This document shows, in pieces, positions 52,620-64,000 of a stretch of DNA of 64,000 bases (position 1 is the stretch's first letter; each line of letters opens with the position of its first letter). Under the pieces are notes generated by a model. It was given only the letters and a program-made list of their open reading frames with translations. It was not told where the DNA came from and made no database searches. Both the position numbers and the translations under genes were made by a program. Location: assembly GCA_964016885.1 (NCBI GenBank), contig OZ024747.1, forward strand, positions 36,766,001 to 36,830,000, in the 5' to 3' direction. This DNA comes from Eledone cirrhosa. Taxonomy: Eukaryota.

Positions 52620-55600
52620 AATTTAGGTTCTCGAACAAAAAAGATCATTGGCAATAAGGGCAGGGGCCCCAGGTTATCATAGCCTGGGCCCGCTCGTCAT
52701 CGTGCCATTGTAATAGAGCCAAACAAGGCATTTAGTCTTGGCTGCTGGAACGTACGGACGCTGCTTGACAGGGATTCCTTGGAGCGTCCTGAACGAAGGA
52801 CCGCTCTTGTTGCAAAGGAGCTTCGACGTTACGATCTTGACATCGTGGCTTTATCTGAGACGAGATTACCTGGAGATGGTCATCTTACGGAATTTTGTGG
52901 AGAATATACATTCTTCTGGAAAGGAAGAGATGAAGGAACCAGAAGAGAGGCTGGGGTAGAATTTGCTGTTAAGACTGTACTTGTGAACAAATTAGAAGAA
53001 TTCCCAGTAGGGATTAGTGAGCGTCTTATGTCCATGAGAGTTACGCTGGACAAGGGAAGATATGCTACCCTGGTGAGTGTGTATGCTCCAACTATGAGTT
53101 CTGTCGATGAGGAAAATGTGTCCTTTTACCATTCCTTGAAAGGTGTTTTAAGAAATATCCCTCAGGCAGACAAAGTCATCGTGCTTGGTGACTTTAATAC
53201 TAGAGTGGGTAGGGATTTTAACACATGGAATGTAATCGGAAGGCATGGGGTGGTAAAGTGTAACAGCAATGGTATGCTCCTGCTGCAGATGTGTGAGGAG
53301 CTGGATCTGTGTGTTACCAACACCATGTTCCAACAAAGAACAAATTCAAGACCACATGGATGCATCCTGCATCTAAGGAATGGCATCTTTTGGACTACGT
53401 CCTAGTCAGGATGCGTGACAGACAGGATGTGCGGTGTGTTCGTGTTCTTCGTGGAGCTGAGTGCTGGACGGACCACCGCCTGGTACGCGCAAAAGTGAAA
53501 CTAATCACTAAACGTAAAATCCGGGCTCCTAGTGTTGCTCTGCCCAAAAGATTGAATGCTGCTCGTCTTAAGGATGAAAAATGTGAAGAGGACATTGGAA
53601 GAAGAGATGCAGGCTGCAGATCTTGGTGAGGATTGTCCGACCCTTAAAAAGTCGGTTTATGATCTAGGCAGGCGTGTTCTGGGATTGGCGCAGAGGAAAC
53701 ATCAGGACTGGTTTAATGATGTACATATAGAATACTTTTTGGCTGATAAGAGGCGTGCTCTGTCACGCTATTTGACGGCAAAACCACAGGAGAGGAATAC
53801 GTTGCATGAGGAACTCAGGGATGTAAAATCGCGTGTTAGGCGGAGTCTTTCTCAGATGAAGGATCAGTGGTGGAGTGAGAAGGCTGGTGAGATACAAACT
53901 GCGTCTGATTCCAATAACACAAAGCTGTTGTACAGTGTCTTGCGTGATGTTTATGGACCGTCTTCTTCTCTGGTGACACCGCTTCGCAGCAGGGATGGCA
54001 AAGAACTTCTTCGTGACTCACAAGGAATTCTACGAAGGTGGCGAGAGCGCTTTGATGATCTTTTGAATCAGCCGTCTGTCGTCAGTGAAGATTTCCTCAA
54101 TCTCATTCCAGAAAGTCCTGTGAAAGTAGAACCTCCGACGATTGTGGATGTTGCAGTGGCTATTTCGAAGCTGAACAGTGCAAGATCTCCAGGTATGGAT
54201 GGCATACATGCTGAGCTCCTACAATATGGTGGTGAGAGACTCCTGCAACATCATCACTCTTTGTTTGGCAGGATATGGGCTAATGAATCCGTACCTGAGG
54301 ACTGGAGAGATGCAGTAATAATGGTCTTGTACAAGGTAAAGGGTAACAGGAACGATTGTGGGAACTACAGAGGTATATCATTGCTTTCTGTCGTAGGGAA
54401 AGTTTTATGTAGGGTGCTTCTGGACCGTCTGCTGACACACATTGCAGATTGTGTTCTTCCTGAAAGTCAATCTGGTTTTCGTGCTGGGCGCGGTACTACT
54501 GATATGATCTTCACAGCTAGACAACTCTAGGAGAAGTGCATTGTACAAGGCTTGGATCTGTATCAGGTTTTTGTCGATCTGACAAACGCTTTCGATACTG
54601 TTAACAGAGATGCATTATGGAAGGTTCTCCAGAAACTTGGTTGCCCTGATAAGTTCCTTGCTTTACTTAGGTCTTTCCATGATGACATGAAGGCTTGGGT
54701 TAATGTCGGGGGTAACATGTCGGAGCCTATCTCAGTAAAAAAAATGGAGTGAAACAGGGGGATATCCCAGCACCGACCCTGTTTGCCATATACTTTGCAA
54801 TGGTTTTCTGTATTGCATTCAGGAATTGCGAGCATCGTGTTTACATCCGATATCGAACCTCAGGCAGCATATTTAACATCTGGCGCTTTGCTGCGAAGAC
54901 AAAAGTATTTGCATCAATCATAAGAGACCTCTTGTATGCAGATGATTGCGATCTTGTAGCGCACACAGAGAGTGATATGCAGCACATTTTGAATGCATTT
55001 TCTGACGCTTGCACTGCCCTAGGTCTGACTGTCAGTCTCAAGAAAACCGTCGTCATGTACCAACCTGCCCCTGGTAAGCAGTTCACTGAACCAAACATCT
55101 ATGTGTATGGCAAACGACTTTGAGTGGTTGATCAGTTTGTCTACCTGGGAAGCACTGTCAATCGATACAGCAACCTTGACAGTGAAATCTCACTTAGGAT
55201 TAGGAAAGCAAGTGATGCTTTCTGAAAGCTAGAAAGGCGACTCTGGGGTCGGCGAGACATATGCAGGAGGACAAAGGTAAAGGTGTACAGGGCATGTGTG
55301 CTCTCTTGTCTTCTTTATGCCTCCGAGACCTGGGTCACATATCGACACCACCGGAAGCAATTAGAGCGTTTCCATCAGATGTGTCTCAGACGGATCCATG
55401 GCGTTCACTGGAGGGACCACATCAGTGATGTCGAGATTTTTGAAAGCTCTATGTGTGACAGTATAGAAGCTCTTGTGCTTAAGCAAATACTCCGCTGGAG
55501 GCGTCACCTTGCCAGGATGAAGGATTCTAGAATACCAAAACAACTCTTTGAGGCATATTGAATCGCATACGAGAAAGTAAAGCGGGATGTGAGGAAGGGC

Positions 55601-56130
55601 ATTGCTGTTGCACTTCCAGACGGCGAGGGTCCTCCTATGGTGCTGCCATGCAGCGTATGTGCGAGACTCTGCCTAAGCAAAGCTGGACTCGAAAGTCATC
55701 TTCGCAGTCATAAAGTAAGACCAGTGGTTGACTACCAGGCTGCTGTTGGAGATGCTACTCATCATGCTTGCCAAACATGTGGTAGAGAATGTAAATCAGC
55801 AGGAGGGCTCAAGCGACTTGCAAAAGTACACGAACTCCAACCACAGCCGACTATTCCCAGTAAATGTTTTGGTTGCCAACTCTGTGCAAGACATTTTAGA
55901 TCATTGGCTGGGCTAAAAAGCCACATTCGATCGCAGCGCTGTTAGTTGCTATCGTGTGTGTGTGTGTAGATATGCTTAAGTGTGTGCGTGTATGTGTATA
56001 TATATATGTATATGTATATTATTATTGTTGTTGTCGTTATTATTATTGTTGTTATTATTATTATTATTATTATTGTTATTAATGTATGTGTGTGTATATG
56101 TGTATGTGAGTATGTGTGTGTGTGTGTATA

Positions 56131-56201
<71 letters not shown>

Positions 56202-56290
56202 TTTTTATTTATTTATTATTATTATTTTTTTGTTTCTTTCTCCTCGTGCAATGGCCAAACTCGACAACGAGGGGGCAGCCATCATGTATG
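52620..56290 (+). mobile_element. RTE-clade LINE pseudogene (APE + RT + three C2H2 zinc fingers)
   Basis: LGCWNVRTL, ALSETR, VYAPT, LGDFN, LLDY, WTDH, SPGMDGI, NYRGISLL, QSGFR, FVDL..AFD, KQGD, LYADD, YLGS. Fingers at ~55645-55935. 3' stem-loop CTCGACAACGAG at ~56260. Stops and frameshifts present. Confidence 0.93.
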
Positions 56291-56441
56291 TCAATAATTG
56301 TAACAAGTCTAGTGTTTGTACCAGAGCTTTCAAGTCGCTGGCTGGACTCAAAAGTCACACTTGTTCAGCGCATCGGTAGGGGTTCTCCTACATAGATATA
56401 AAGTAGTGGCCGTACTCGAAAACGAGCTGGCAGCCACCATA
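56289..56441 (+). mobile_element. 5'-truncated short RTE-derived element (3' module only)
   Basis: Matches ~35594-35744 and is followed by (TATG)n. Confidence 0.8.
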
Positions 56442-56516
56442 TATGTATGTACTTATGTATGTATGTATGTATGTATGTACTTATGTATGTATGTATGTAT
56501 GTAAGTATGTATGTAT

Positions 56517-57123
56517 GTCAGGTCACCACTTGGTGCTACTGGTAACATGTATCCCAGTACACACTTTTTCATGATCGGGTTGTTGGCGACTAAACTGGCA
56601 ACCCCACCAAGGTTTCCTGGTAAGGAGGGTGACTTTGAACATCCTGTAGGACTATAAACAAAATCTATCAAAGGGCAAAGAACTCTTAAGAGTCAATGGC
56701 CATCCAAAATCACCGGGAGAGATGACCCCTTACCCTTTGTCAAGGCAGAATTCTAGGAGAAGGAAAGCTCTGATATAATACCTGCAACCCTGATGGTATC
56801 CAATGATGTTGACTTGTTCTTCTCTTTGGTAAATATCATCTTGGTTAAGAGAGTGGGACTGGCTTTGTGCAGTGCCTTTGCTCACTATAAAAGCTTCACG
56901 GCACAGGCATTTCTTTATATCTGGAGATCTCTCTGTACTTGTCGTCACATGGTACCATGGGCCCAGCACTGTGTCAATAATTGTCCCAAGTGTAGTGTTA
57001 GTACCAGCGTTTTCAATTCGCTGGCTGGACTAAAAAGTCACACTCGTTCAGCGCATCGGTAGGGGTTCTCCTACATGGATATAAAGTAGTGGCTGTACTC
57101 GAAAACGAGTTGGCAACCACCAT
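56517..57123 (+). mobile_element. Short non-autonomous RTE-derived element (complete)
   Basis: Third copy, flanked by (TATG)n on both sides. Confidence 0.85.
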
Positions 57124-57597
57124 GTATGTATGTATGTATGTATGTATGTATGTATGTATGTATGTATGTATGTATGTATGTATGTATTTTCCCGTAACTC
57201 TTGAGGCAGTCGTAGGGGCGTCGCTTTGATATACGACGTTTCTGGAGCATTGTAAAAACCTGGCGGTGCCCATCTCTCTACAGGTCTGAATACAGCAAAT
57301 TTCTCCCGGAAAGGGATAGAAAGTGAGAGAATAGAAATGAGAAAGCAATATAGAGGTAGAATTGACCCCAGTACTTGACTGGTACTTTTTATCGACTTTG
57401 AATGGATAAAAGGCAAGTTCACCTCGGAGAAATTTAAACTCAGAGAGCAGTGAGCCAAAACGAATATAAAAAATCACTCTATCCGACCTTCTAACCACTG
57501 TCATTGCACCTGAGCATTATTTACTTTGCGATAAAATAAAGTACCAGTAATGCACTGGGTAATTGCTGGCCTTGTGCCTAAAGTAGAAACAATTATT

Positions 57598-57880
57598 TAC
57601 CATTTTTTCCCATTTGGTTCCTGCTCCTCTATATACTCTGATTTTATCTCTCTGATTGTAACCAGAGAACTGCACACGGTGGATGAAGTGTTGTATGTGT
57701 CTCTATAGTTCTTTAGGGTTGCACATGCGGGACACGTTCTTCATCACCCGTACTAAATCCGCAATCAGTGTGTTGATTTTGGTGTGATCCGAAACAGCTG
57801 AGTTTCGGTGGATCAGATATTTGGAAATCATGGATTTGGCATAATGGGAATGGAGGATTTGTTTTTTGTTATTGAGCAGG
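57598..57880 (-). mobile_element. PLE RT C-terminal fragment of the same family as 30405-32050
   Basis: 57598-57662 matches 31471-31535, then extends upstream as HYAKSMISKYLIHRNSAVSDHTKINTLIADLVRVMKN..FSGY. Confidence 0.75.
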
Positions 57881-57959
57881 ACCAATGAAACAAACATTAT
57901 AAATAACACTAGACCACCCGTCACCCGTTGGGTCACGTTCACTTCAAAATATTTTTTTT

Positions 57960-58150
57960 AATAATTGTTTCTACTTTTGGCACAATGCCAGCAATTATCC
58001 AGTACATTACTGGTACTTTATTTTCTCGACCCCGTAAGGATGACAGGCAAAGTTAACCTCGGCGGGATTTGAACTCAGACCGTAAAGGGATGTAACTATG
58101 CTAGAAAGCATGGCGTCCAACCCTCTACCGATACTGCCAATTCACCGCCT
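57960..58150 (-). mobile_element. tRNA-derived SINE
   Basis: Full copy with an ATATTTTTTTA-like TSD. Confidence 0.88.
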
Positions 58151-60689
58151 GTATATTTTTTTAAATAATGTTCACTTAAAAATAATTTTTAAATAATTAA
58201 ATATACACAGACATGTATATAATATGAAATGAAATTGGAATGCCCATATATATACGTGTGTGTATGTATATATATTATACATGTGTGTATGTGTGTGTAT
58301 ACATATATATATATGTGTGTGTATATATGCATGTGGGTGTATGTGATCTATATACACTGGTCATAGACACACACACATACATACACACACACATATATAC
58401 ACACCTACACATATATATACACAACAACAACACTTGCTCTCTCTTCCATTCTCCTTCTCTGTCTCCTTCTTGTTCACTCTCTCTCCCTCTCTCTCTCTCT
58501 CTCCCTCTTTCAATCTACTCTCTCACAACTACTACATCTCTTTCTCTATCTTTCTCTCTCTCTCTCTATTTATGAAGATACCCGGAAAAACCCTATATCT
58601 CGGGAACACGTGCTCCGATTTACGCGAAACATGTTTTATTCCATTTGTATTCCCATTTCAGGGGCAACTTCCTTTCAAAGTATTTTCCTATTATGCACCC
58701 TTTTGGCTGTATTATATTACAGACCAACAAGCAAGCAATTACAGAACTTTAGTAGTATAGAGATAGATAGATGTATAACTGTTTAGTAACACGGCGTTCC
58801 CGTTAACTTGGGAGTTTCTACTAAATATTTCAGCTATTTTATACAACTGTTTAGAATATAGGGGTCAGCATTAATGTACGTGCTACGAGGTTATTTAACC
58901 TGCGAAAAATAGAAACCAAATATCCTTCAACATATGTTTTTGTACCTTAAAAAGAAAGTATATATCTAATGTGTTTGCTTCGTACACACGTTGGGAAGTG
59001 CTATCTTTTATATCCCCAGGTTGGACAATCTCTTGAGAGTGAAATTTAAAGGATGAAAAGTGCCTTGAATCCACTATATATACGTGTGTGTGTTTGTATG
59101 TTTCCGAATATATGTGTGTAGTTACGTATGTATTTACGTTTTCTCTTATGTCATGAACCTAGCAGTTTAACAAAAAGAGTTCGCTACAATAAGTGCGAGA
59201 TTTTTTCTGTTTGTCTATTTTCTTATATACATACTTGGTTCTACATGATCGACTAAATTCCTTAAAGGCAGTAACGCAGCCTAACTGCAGTCTGATGACT
59301 GAAAATGTTAAAGAGTAAATAAACCTATGTAGAAAAAGACGGTTCTACTTTCTAAAACGGTTCTGCTGTCTAAAATGGCTCTAATTTCTAAAATGGTTCG
59401 CCTTTCTAAAACATGGTTAAACTTCCACCACAGTCACTGATGGTAAAGCGGAGAAGATGCAGAATCGCTTGATTGCCGGACTAAATGCTTTATGGAATTG
59501 AGTTATATCTCTTTACGAGCTGAATTGAAATGTCTGTGAAGTCGACTATGTCTTTCATCACTGCTTGTTTGATCAAATAATAATCAACTATACACTTCTA
59601 CCAATGTATGGCTTTGCGCCAAAGTAAGAAGTCAATATTATTACTACAACTCCGAAAAGGGATCGAAAGTTCAACGGAAGAAACAACATTAACTAAGGAT
59701 ACCGAAAACAGCAATATCTTCAGTTAAGATTAATAGAAATATAACCACAATATCCATCACTATTACTATTCCCAGCATCAACACTATCAACATTATGGAC
59801 AATACCAACAACGATAGAGGTCGGGAAAATATCGAGTAGTATCGTTCAAATTAAACAAAACAATAACAGCAGCAACGGCTGACGCCAAATCAGGAGCATC
59901 ATCAGCAAAATCACCAACACCATCATCATCATCAACAGCAGTAGTAGTACCAAGAGGAGTAACATCAACAATTAAAATTTTGAAGAAGCCAATATTTCTA
60001 GTTAAAATAAATAACATTTTAAGCACAATCCCAATTAACAACCACATCGCAAGTACAATGAAACGCAGAGAGCACAATGTCGGCAATAAGAACAACAACA
60101 TAATTCAAAATCCCATGGCTATTAGATAAAATTTAATAGCAGAACTTTCACATTTGACATCTTCACCATCATCATCAGCAAAAACTTTTGCGTTTGCATT
60201 ATTCCCTTTAATGGCATCCCGTTTCAGAGATAGTGCATATGTATGTTTGAATAACAGTTTGTGCGTGTGTGTGGGATGGTGGGGGGAGGGGGTGTATGCG
60301 TGTGTGCATGCGTCTGTGTGCGTGTGTGCATGTGACTGTGTTGTATGGGTTGTAATATAGTGTGTTACGGATTGATAATATTGATGATACGAAGACAGGG
60401 CACAACGACGTTTGTTCCACTTCATCTGTCGCTGGAGCTCCGCCGTTGTACGTTGGTACGGATCAACATTCGATTATATCGACTGCACTGCTTGACTAGT
60501 ACTTCAGTCTATTGACCTGAGGACAATGTTTTCTGATCTAGGGACAAGGCCACCAATTCGGAGGGTAGGGAAATATCGATTACATCACCTTATGCTGCAA
60601 AGCATATTGTCCGACGCTCTACCTATACTGCCAATACACTAATGGTAAGAAGAAAAACAACAACAACATCAACAACAACTTAAATAAAC

Positions 60690-60885
60690 AAATAATTGTT
60701 TCTACTTTTGGCACAAGGCCAGCAATTATCCCAGTACATTACTGGTACTTTATTTTATCGACCCCGTAAGGATGAAAGACAAAGTTAACCTCGGTGGGAT
60801 TTGAACTCAGAATAGCAAGGTCCATAACTCTATGCTGAAAGCATGGTGTCTGACCCTCTACCGATACTGCCAATCCATCGCCCCT
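60690..60885 (-). mobile_element. tRNA-derived SINE
   Basis: Full copy with A/B boxes. Confidence 0.85.
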
Positions 60886-61184
60886 TGCCAATCCAGCAGA
60901 ACAAACAATGATCAAAGGAGAATGCCAGAAAGTGACATTACGACCGACAGAAAATACTTGCGAAATATCCTTCAGAACATACACTTAAAATCGTAAAGGA
61001 GTCTTAGTGAGGAATGATGTTGCAGAAATCACAGCTGGAAAACCTTTTATCAGTGTACTGTTTGTTCAGATCTGACCTGCAATCTATAAAAAACAATATC
61101 AGCATGGGAAAAGTTGACTTTCCTAGGTAGATTTATGATTGTTATACATCAACATATATCATTATAACCATAATCAAGGACGCT

Positions 61185-61385
61185 GGATAGTCAGTTCCTG
61201 TAGAGGCTTTGCAGCATAGAGTTACGGCTTTTTACGTTCTGACTTCAAATCCCGCTGAGATCAGCTGAGCCTTTCATCCTTACAGGGTCGATAAAATATT
61301 GTACAATTAACACACCAGGCCCGATCTAATCGACTTTCCCTCCCCAAAATTTGTTGGCCTTGTACGTAAATCAGAAACTATTATA
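61185..61385 (+). mobile_element. Older SINE copy (further degenerate copies at ~41445-41625, ~57350-57500, ~59445-59640)
   Basis: CTTTCATCCTTACAGGGTCGATAAAAT core and GGCCTTGT..AAATCAGAAAC tail. Confidence 0.7.
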
Positions 61386-62994
61386 ACCACAATCCTTACG
61401 AAAACGACAACCATCTTCTCAGTCAGTACAACCCCTGTTAACACTAAGAAGAACAAACCATGGACTTGGTTGTTCTGTCTACTAGAATTAACAGTTTAAA
61501 GTTCCTAAACACTCACACACTTCATAAAATCTCCCATTACAGTTTTAAAACAAGGAATGACGTGTGGAACTTGAGCTGACCTGACGCTAAACATCAACAA
61601 CCAAAGAGAGAGCCTCCACAAAGTCGCTTGATCTGCTAAAAATAGCAGCCAGATTTTTCTGAAATTATCGTTTACCGTAGTACTTTGAATTCACTAAATA
61701 TGAAAAAATAGTCGGATGCTCACGTCTAAAAAACATTTCATTAGAGATCTACTTAATAGGAGTGGAACCATGGTGTGGAGGCCAGACAATCATTGGCACC
61801 ACAACTACCTCTATTACAAGCAACACCAATAAACGTTAACGGTAAAGATGAAGAGACGTGTAGTTAAAATTAATATCAGCACCTCTAGCAGCAAGTGGCC
61901 GAGTAATTATGTAGAAAGCAGTAAAGAAACACAAATATAAAACGCAACGGACATTATTTCTACTTTAATCGATAGATCTGCAATCGAGAAGTCTGGTGAT
62001 TGTTGATTGAGAAGGGGATAGTCAGAGATAAAGAGATAGAGAGAGAAGGGAAGATTGAGTGTGTGAGTGTTTATTTCTGTGTGGGAGTAGTGTTAGAGAT
62101 GAAAGTGGATGATCGTCGCTGTGGTAGTGTAAAGAAAATGGGAGTGGGGTGCAGATTGTGTTAGCGGTAGTGTTGATATGAGGTGGTGGATTTTTAGAGA
62201 GGAAAGAAAGTATATGGTTTGAAGTGAGGAGTGGAGAGAGTCATTGGTGGCGGTTTTGGAATGTATAGAAGGAAGAACAAGCAAGAAAATAGAGAGGTCG
62301 TTGTGGTCATACTAATAGGAAGAGTGGCAGTGACGGTGGTAACATTTAAAACTAAGAGTGATAGTGGTGATTGCTGAAGGAGGGAAGCGAGATGATGTAA
62401 TGTTTAGAAGGAAGACGGGGAGATGCGCCGATGAAACGGAAGAAAATGTGAGAATGAAGTGGAAGGAAATACAGTAGTGATTGTGTGAGAATTAAAAAGA
62501 AATGTGGTGATAATGTCATATGAGGGAAGAAGGAATTGGTGGTTAAGAGAGAAGAAAAGCTAATATTAGAATGAAATGCCGGGTGATTGTAAAGAAGAAA
62601 GAAGTCTTGGCTTAAGGAAAACATTAGAAGAGGTTGACTGTAGCTTTAAGATGAAGCAGAGAAGTGAGAAATAGAGAAAGAGAGGGGAAGGAGGGGGAAG
62701 TTTGTAGTTTTCTTACAGTATCAAACAAATACACCGAAAAGTGAACGATAGATAAAGAAGTGAGAGATAATGAACTAAGTGTGAGTACGAAAAAGAGAAT
62801 GTTTCGTTGAAGGTGTGTTCGTGGACGATGCAGTGTAAAAGTTAGAGAAAGAGAGAAAGAGAGAGGGGATAGAAAGTGTATTTGCGATGGACTGAAATAG
62901 TGAGAAAATAAAAGCGAGAAAAATTCGACAAAGTAAATGAAGACTCATATAGACAATGATGAGAGAGAGAAAGACTAAAAGAGAGGGAGAGAAA

Positions 62995-62995
<1 letters not shown>

Positions 62996-63077
<82 letters not shown>

Positions 63078-63310
63078 TGTGTGTGTATGTATGTGTGTGT
63101 GGGTGTGTGTGGGTGTATGTGTGTGTGTGTGTATGTGTGGTGTGTGTGTATACGTGTGACGGCCAAGTAAGAGAAAAAAAGTAACAAAACACAGCGGCAG
63201 CTGAAATAATGCCATTATCAACCAAGTGATTAACTGTCAACACAAATAAGAGCAACGACAACAAAAAACAATAATAAAAATAATAATAATGATAATAGTA
63301 ATAATAACGA

Positions 63311-63367
<57 letters not shown>

Positions 63368-63372
63368 CAGCA
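62996..63372. repeat. (TG)n and (TAG)n microsatellites
   Basis: Directly visible. Confidence 0.95.
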
Positions 63373-64000
63373 GATGCTATATTGCTCACTGTTGTAACAA
63401 TTTCTCAGTCCTTATGTGTACTCACATACATGTATGTATAGGTGGTGTATAGCATTACGTTTGCAAAAAACTGTTTATTTATAGTAATTTTCCTTTAAGT
63501 TGAAAAATGAAAAAAATTCATAAAAATATTCGTTAGTGTCTCACAACAAAAAGAGGAGATAATTTTAATAGATGAAATGTAATTTCAAAAATTCTTGTTT
63601 AACAGAAAGCCAGGATCGTTGAGGCACTGTCACAGAAATTGATACGTTTCGTATCTATTGATCTCGTCAACGAATCATTGTTTACACGAACACAAATGAG
63701 CAAAATGCAGAAATATATTTACGATTAATTCTTGGGAAGCAGTTATTTGCTCAAACAAAACGGAAATAATCGAAAATAATTCAAATGATCCAATGCCGGG
63801 TATTGTGTTTTCATAAGGAAATCAGAAATCTTACTCTGGAAGAAAGTACTCATTAGCATGGCATGAATTAAAACGTTGCTGTAAGGCTTAAATGAATATC
63901 GCATCGAAGTTAACAGAAACACTGATAACAAAATGTATGGCTCCATTGGATCGATGTTGACTGCCTTTCACTGGTGAGGTCCAATAGGAACGATATCTGT

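Noticed and set aside
59335-59415. ~19-bp tandem repeat (AAACGGTTCTACTTTCTAA-like, 4 copies)
   Set aside because: Ordinary degenerate minisatellite with no further structure
63640-63677. Hammerhead-like motif on the minus strand (TTGACGA..GAAACGTA)
   Set aside because: C3 is missing, stem I does not pair next to the core, and there is no linked PLE sequence

Overview
AT-rich, microsatellite-laden eukaryotic DNA made almost entirely of mobile-element remnants. The tRNA-derived SINE family suggests an octopod cephalopod (inference). No host protein-coding gene can be supported, and most short ORFs in the track are translations of microsatellites. The standout feature is a ~13.4-kb tandem array (16491-29908) of a ~450-550 bp unit. 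Every unit carries a minimal type I hammerhead ribozyme motif: 25 copies on the minus strand and 2 on the plus strand in a terminal inversion. This is a retrozyme-like or Penelope pLTR-like self-cleaving satellite. Around it lie at least six Penelope-like element (PLE) remnants, several with their own variant hammerheads in direct or inverted pLTRs. The window also holds rearranged Gypsy LTR elements (tRNA-Trp PBS), a deleted mariner and a MITE, Tx1/L1-like LINEs, an R4/Dong-like RLE element in a (CATA)n tract, an RTE LINE with three C2H2 fingers plus short non-autonomous derivatives, and many SINEs. Coordinates were read by eye and element boundaries are approximate.
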